A stretch of 29,866 nucleotides of DNA. Source: Candidatus Thorarchaeota archaeon. Its GTDB lineage: Archaea; Asgardarchaeota; Thorarchaeia; Thorarchaeales; Thorarchaeaceae. The notes below the pieces were generated by a model that worked only from the letters and a program-made list of their open reading frames with translations, was not told the origin of the DNA and did not search any database. The position numbers were made by a program, and so were the translations under genes. This document shows positions 27,421-29,866 of the stretch, one piece after another. The stretch is taken from positions 600,388-630,253 of the forward strand of contig CP070761.1 of the NCBI GenBank assembly GCA_020348985.1, in the 5' to 3' direction. Every line of letters starts with the position of its first letter. Positions within the stretch are counted from its first letter, which is position 1.

Positions 27421-27497
27421 GCGTCGTTCGGTTCAGGCGCCTAGTTCGTTGACGAGGCGCTACTAGTAGAGTCCTAGCTTCTCGGCTGAATAACAGT

Positions 27498-29012
27498 TCA
27501 TGGAAGATTCTCTCGCACGTAGTCAATAAGCTCACTGAAGTTCCCCAAAGAACTCTCATAGAGAACGTCGGGTCGTGTCCGAAGTTCTTCATTTGCATGA
27601 CCCGTGATGTCCAATCCAAGTGCAGAAACCATGTTGAGTATTAATTTGCTGTTTGGCAATTTGAAGAGCGTTGGAAATGCCATCAAACCGTCTCCTCCAG
27701 TTGTAGTGCCATGGAGCGCAGCAAAGCCTGTCTGTTTGCAGAAGAGAGCAAACGCTTCACATGCTGAATAGACAACGTGATCCGTCAACACGACAATACT
27801 CCCAGAGAAGTTCCAGTTGCCGGTTGGTGTGAAACTGTGCAAGTAGTTGTATATGGCGAATTCATCTCCATATGCTTCAGGCGGAAGATACGCGAATGAC
27901 TCCTTCGCAAGCTCAGTAGTGATCCCCATCCCTTCTCTGAATGCATTACTGTAATCATCCGTTCTGTATGCAAGATAGGCCTGCAGCTCCATGTCCTCGC
28001 TTATCAAAGGTTCCACAATCCCCTCAATCCAAGACTGATAGTTGCCTCCAGTGTTTCCCCTGACATCTATTATCAGATGATCATAGTCCTCTATTTGATC
28101 ATAGAAGTCAGAAAAAGTACCAAGGTAGTTCTGAATGATACTCCATTCGAAAGTACTCACGTACAGATATGCGACGCTTTCATCCGGCCAAAGCTCGGTG
28201 TCGACAATTGCTGGCGGGTAACTGTAAGGATAGCCAGAATAACCTGAGAAAGTGCTGAATGTGATGTCAGCCTCATGCCCACTAGAGTTGCGGACTGTGA
28301 ACATTGCTCCTTGGCCGAAATCTCGTGGTGAAATCGCCCAAAGGAAACTCTTGTTTCTCTCATAATCATAGTCGATGTAATCTAACTCGTATGTATCTTT
28401 TATCACATCGTCAATCGGTGTACCATTAACCGCAACAACCCTGAGGTCTTCACCGTATAGACTCGTCCAAGAACCCGTGTTCTGTATAACGTATTCGCCC
28501 TTGTCATAAGCAATGTTAGCAGCAAAGCGACGATTGTATTTCTGATGATCCGCAGTCCTATAGGTCGCACTCCAATATGAGGTGGCATTGACATCAGGGT
28601 CGCTGAAGATTTCATTGAGCGGATAGAAGGCATTCTCGAACCAATCCCGGTACATGGAATAATCAAACGGGTTGATGAAATTGGTGTGTCTATTTTGGAG
28701 GGCATCAACAGCGTCAAGAAGGATTCGCACGAACTCAACATCGCTCTCGGCATTTGCTATTCTTTCAACATACGAGTATCTCAAGTCCAACCAATTGTAG
28801 CCATGAGTTCGATTCTTGACCCAAAGATATGGGTAGTTTGCCTCGATGAAATCATACAGTGCGTTGAAATCTTCCATCCATCCCTCAACACGAGGATTTT
28901 CAGCTCCATTTCCACTTGGAGAATCGCCTTGGGTCAGGAAGTAGTAGACAACAACGACACCAGAGACAACCACAATGCCTGATATGAGAATCGAGAGGAT
29001 CTTCTTGTTCAT
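27498..29012 (-). CDS. S41 family peptidase, N-terminally membrane-anchored
   Basis: N-terminal TM, EDF..LY..I..NYPY, IIDVRGNTGG, VVLTDHVVYSACEAFA (catalytic Ser), GTTTGG, PD motif. Confidence 0.92.
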   Translation of the reverse strand: MNKKILSILISGIVVVSGVVVVYYFLTQGDSPSGNGAENPRVEGWMEDFNALYDFIEANYPYLWVKNRTHGYNWLDLRYSYVERIANAESDVEFVRILLDAVDALQNRHTNFINPFDYSMYRDWFENAFYPLNEIFSDPDVNATSYWSATYRTADHQKYNRRFAANIAYDKGEYVIQNTGSWTSLYGEDLRVVAVNGTPIDDVIKDTYELDYIDYDYERNKSFLWAISPRDFGQGAMFTVRNSSGHEADITFSTFSGYSGYPYSYPPAIVDTELWPDESVAYLYVSTFEWSIIQNYLGTFSDFYDQIEDYDHLIIDVRGNTGGNYQSWIEGIVEPLISEDMELQAYLAYRTDDYSNAFREGMGITTELAKESFAYLPPEAYGDEFAIYNYLHSFTPTGNWNFSGSIVVLTDHVVYSACEAFALFCKQTGFAALHGTTTGGDGLMAFPTLFKLPNSKLILNMVSALGLDITGHANEELRTRPDVLYESSLGNFSELIDYVRENLP

Positions 29013-29198
29013 CCGAGATTCATCTCCTCATCTGATACCCATATCTGTCGAACTCTGCACGCATCAGAGACCACGCTTTACCTGATGAACAGATTATTGC
29101 ATATGTCAATTAAAGGCCCAGTTCAAAGCAAAACATGCGAATTCTATGGCCAGGGGAAGAAATGGATTTCTCCACACTTCCCTGAGCCGCTCACTTCT

Positions 29199-29866
29199 CT
29201 ATCCGCCACGTTTTCGCAAAGTGACGAGAATCACGATTACCACAATAGCAGCACCGCTGCCTGCAGCGATTATGAAGAGTGTCGTACTATCAAGCGGTGG
29301 CGGGGGTGTTGTCGTTTCTGTTGGTCCTGTTGTTGTAGTTGTTGTAGGAGTAGTAGTTGTCGTCGTTGGGGTCGTTGTGGGAGGAGGTACAAAGAGAATC
29401 CGAATTCGGATTTCATGGTCTCTGAGGTTACCATAAACGTCCCACACACTTACACGGAGACCGTAGTCACCAATTGGCAATACAGTGTTGTTCGTGAGCA
29501 ATCCCGAAGAGTCTATGTGGAAATTCATTGTGTCATTGATAGACCAACCACCAATGCCTGACAAGTCTGTTGCACTGAACTGGACGTTCAGCCCTACACC
29601 CTCATCGATTGCTTGGTCACTCGGCCCTACAACCCAGTCTGGTGCTGTAGTATCGCTGACGTTGACATAGGCAGAGCCGCTCGTAGAATGACCAGAGATG
29701 TGATAAACCGTCAACTCAATCAGGTTGTTGCCAACCGGCAGGTCATCAACATTAACGTCGACCGCTGAACCGTCCCACATATCACTCGTGAGAAGACTGC
29801 TGTTCGCTCGGATTTCATATGTTCCCGGATTCAGTGCCTGAGCATACCATGGTAACGTGTGTCCTG
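29199..29866 (-). CDS. Cell-surface protein C-terminus: Ig-like repeats, Thr/Pro stalk, TM anchor (5' end outside window)
   Basis: Frame is open from the window edge (GHTLPWYAQALNPGTYEIRAN...WDGSAVDVNVDDL), with DTTAPDW, poly-Thr, TM helix and RKRGG. Confidence 0.92.
   Translation of the reverse strand, partial: GHTLPWYAQALNPGTYEIRANSSLLTSDMWDGSAVDVNVDDLPVGNNLIELTVYHISGHSTSGSAYVNVSDTTAPDWVVGPSDQAIDEGVGLNVQFSATDLSGIGGWSINDTMNFHIDSSGLLTNNTVLPIGDYGLRVSVWDVYGNLRDHEIRIRILFVPPPTTTPTTTTTTPTTTTTTGPTETTTPPPPLDSTTLFIIAAGSGAAIVVIVILVTLRKRGG

Noticed and set aside
29305-29390. GTT/GTA-rich short tandem repeats (also 22340-22395)
   Set aside because: They encode poly-Thr stalks; not CRISPR or non-coding repeats.
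29085-29670. Cys-rich and Val-rich plus-strand ORFs
   Set aside because: They are antisense translations of the poly-Thr/Pro stalk.

Overview
A gene-dense archaeal chromosomal segment, most likely from an Asgard archaeon (Thorarchaeia-like). This is inferred from tandem Rab-like small GTPases, a duplicated-domain Lrp/AsnC regulator, and large Ig-repeat surface proteins with Thr-rich stalks and C-terminal membrane anchors. Both ends are truncated surface-protein genes on the minus strand. The most striking locus is 7.7-11.0 kb. Three tandem, mosaic Rab-like GTPase paralogues each carry a copy of the same upstream motif. They are divergent from a membrane-anchored winged-helix (ArsR-like) regulator, which is translationally coupled to a 60-aa protein resembling only its first helices. 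A nested palindrome sits in the shared promoter region. The rest of the window encodes MsrB, GlnA, four SAM methyltransferases, a tandem GNAT, a PaaI thioesterase, a TetR-membrane protein-flavodoxin operon with twin operators, an MFS transporter, a Kelch surface protein with a PEF-CTERM-like tail, three phosphatase/phosphoesterase families, an S41 peptidase, a possible Tubby/LURP-one-fold protein and two gene remnants. A long strand-asymmetric hairpin lies upstream of the Lrp gene. No rRNA, tRNA, CRISPR array or transposase was seen. All calls were made by eye from motifs, without database searches.
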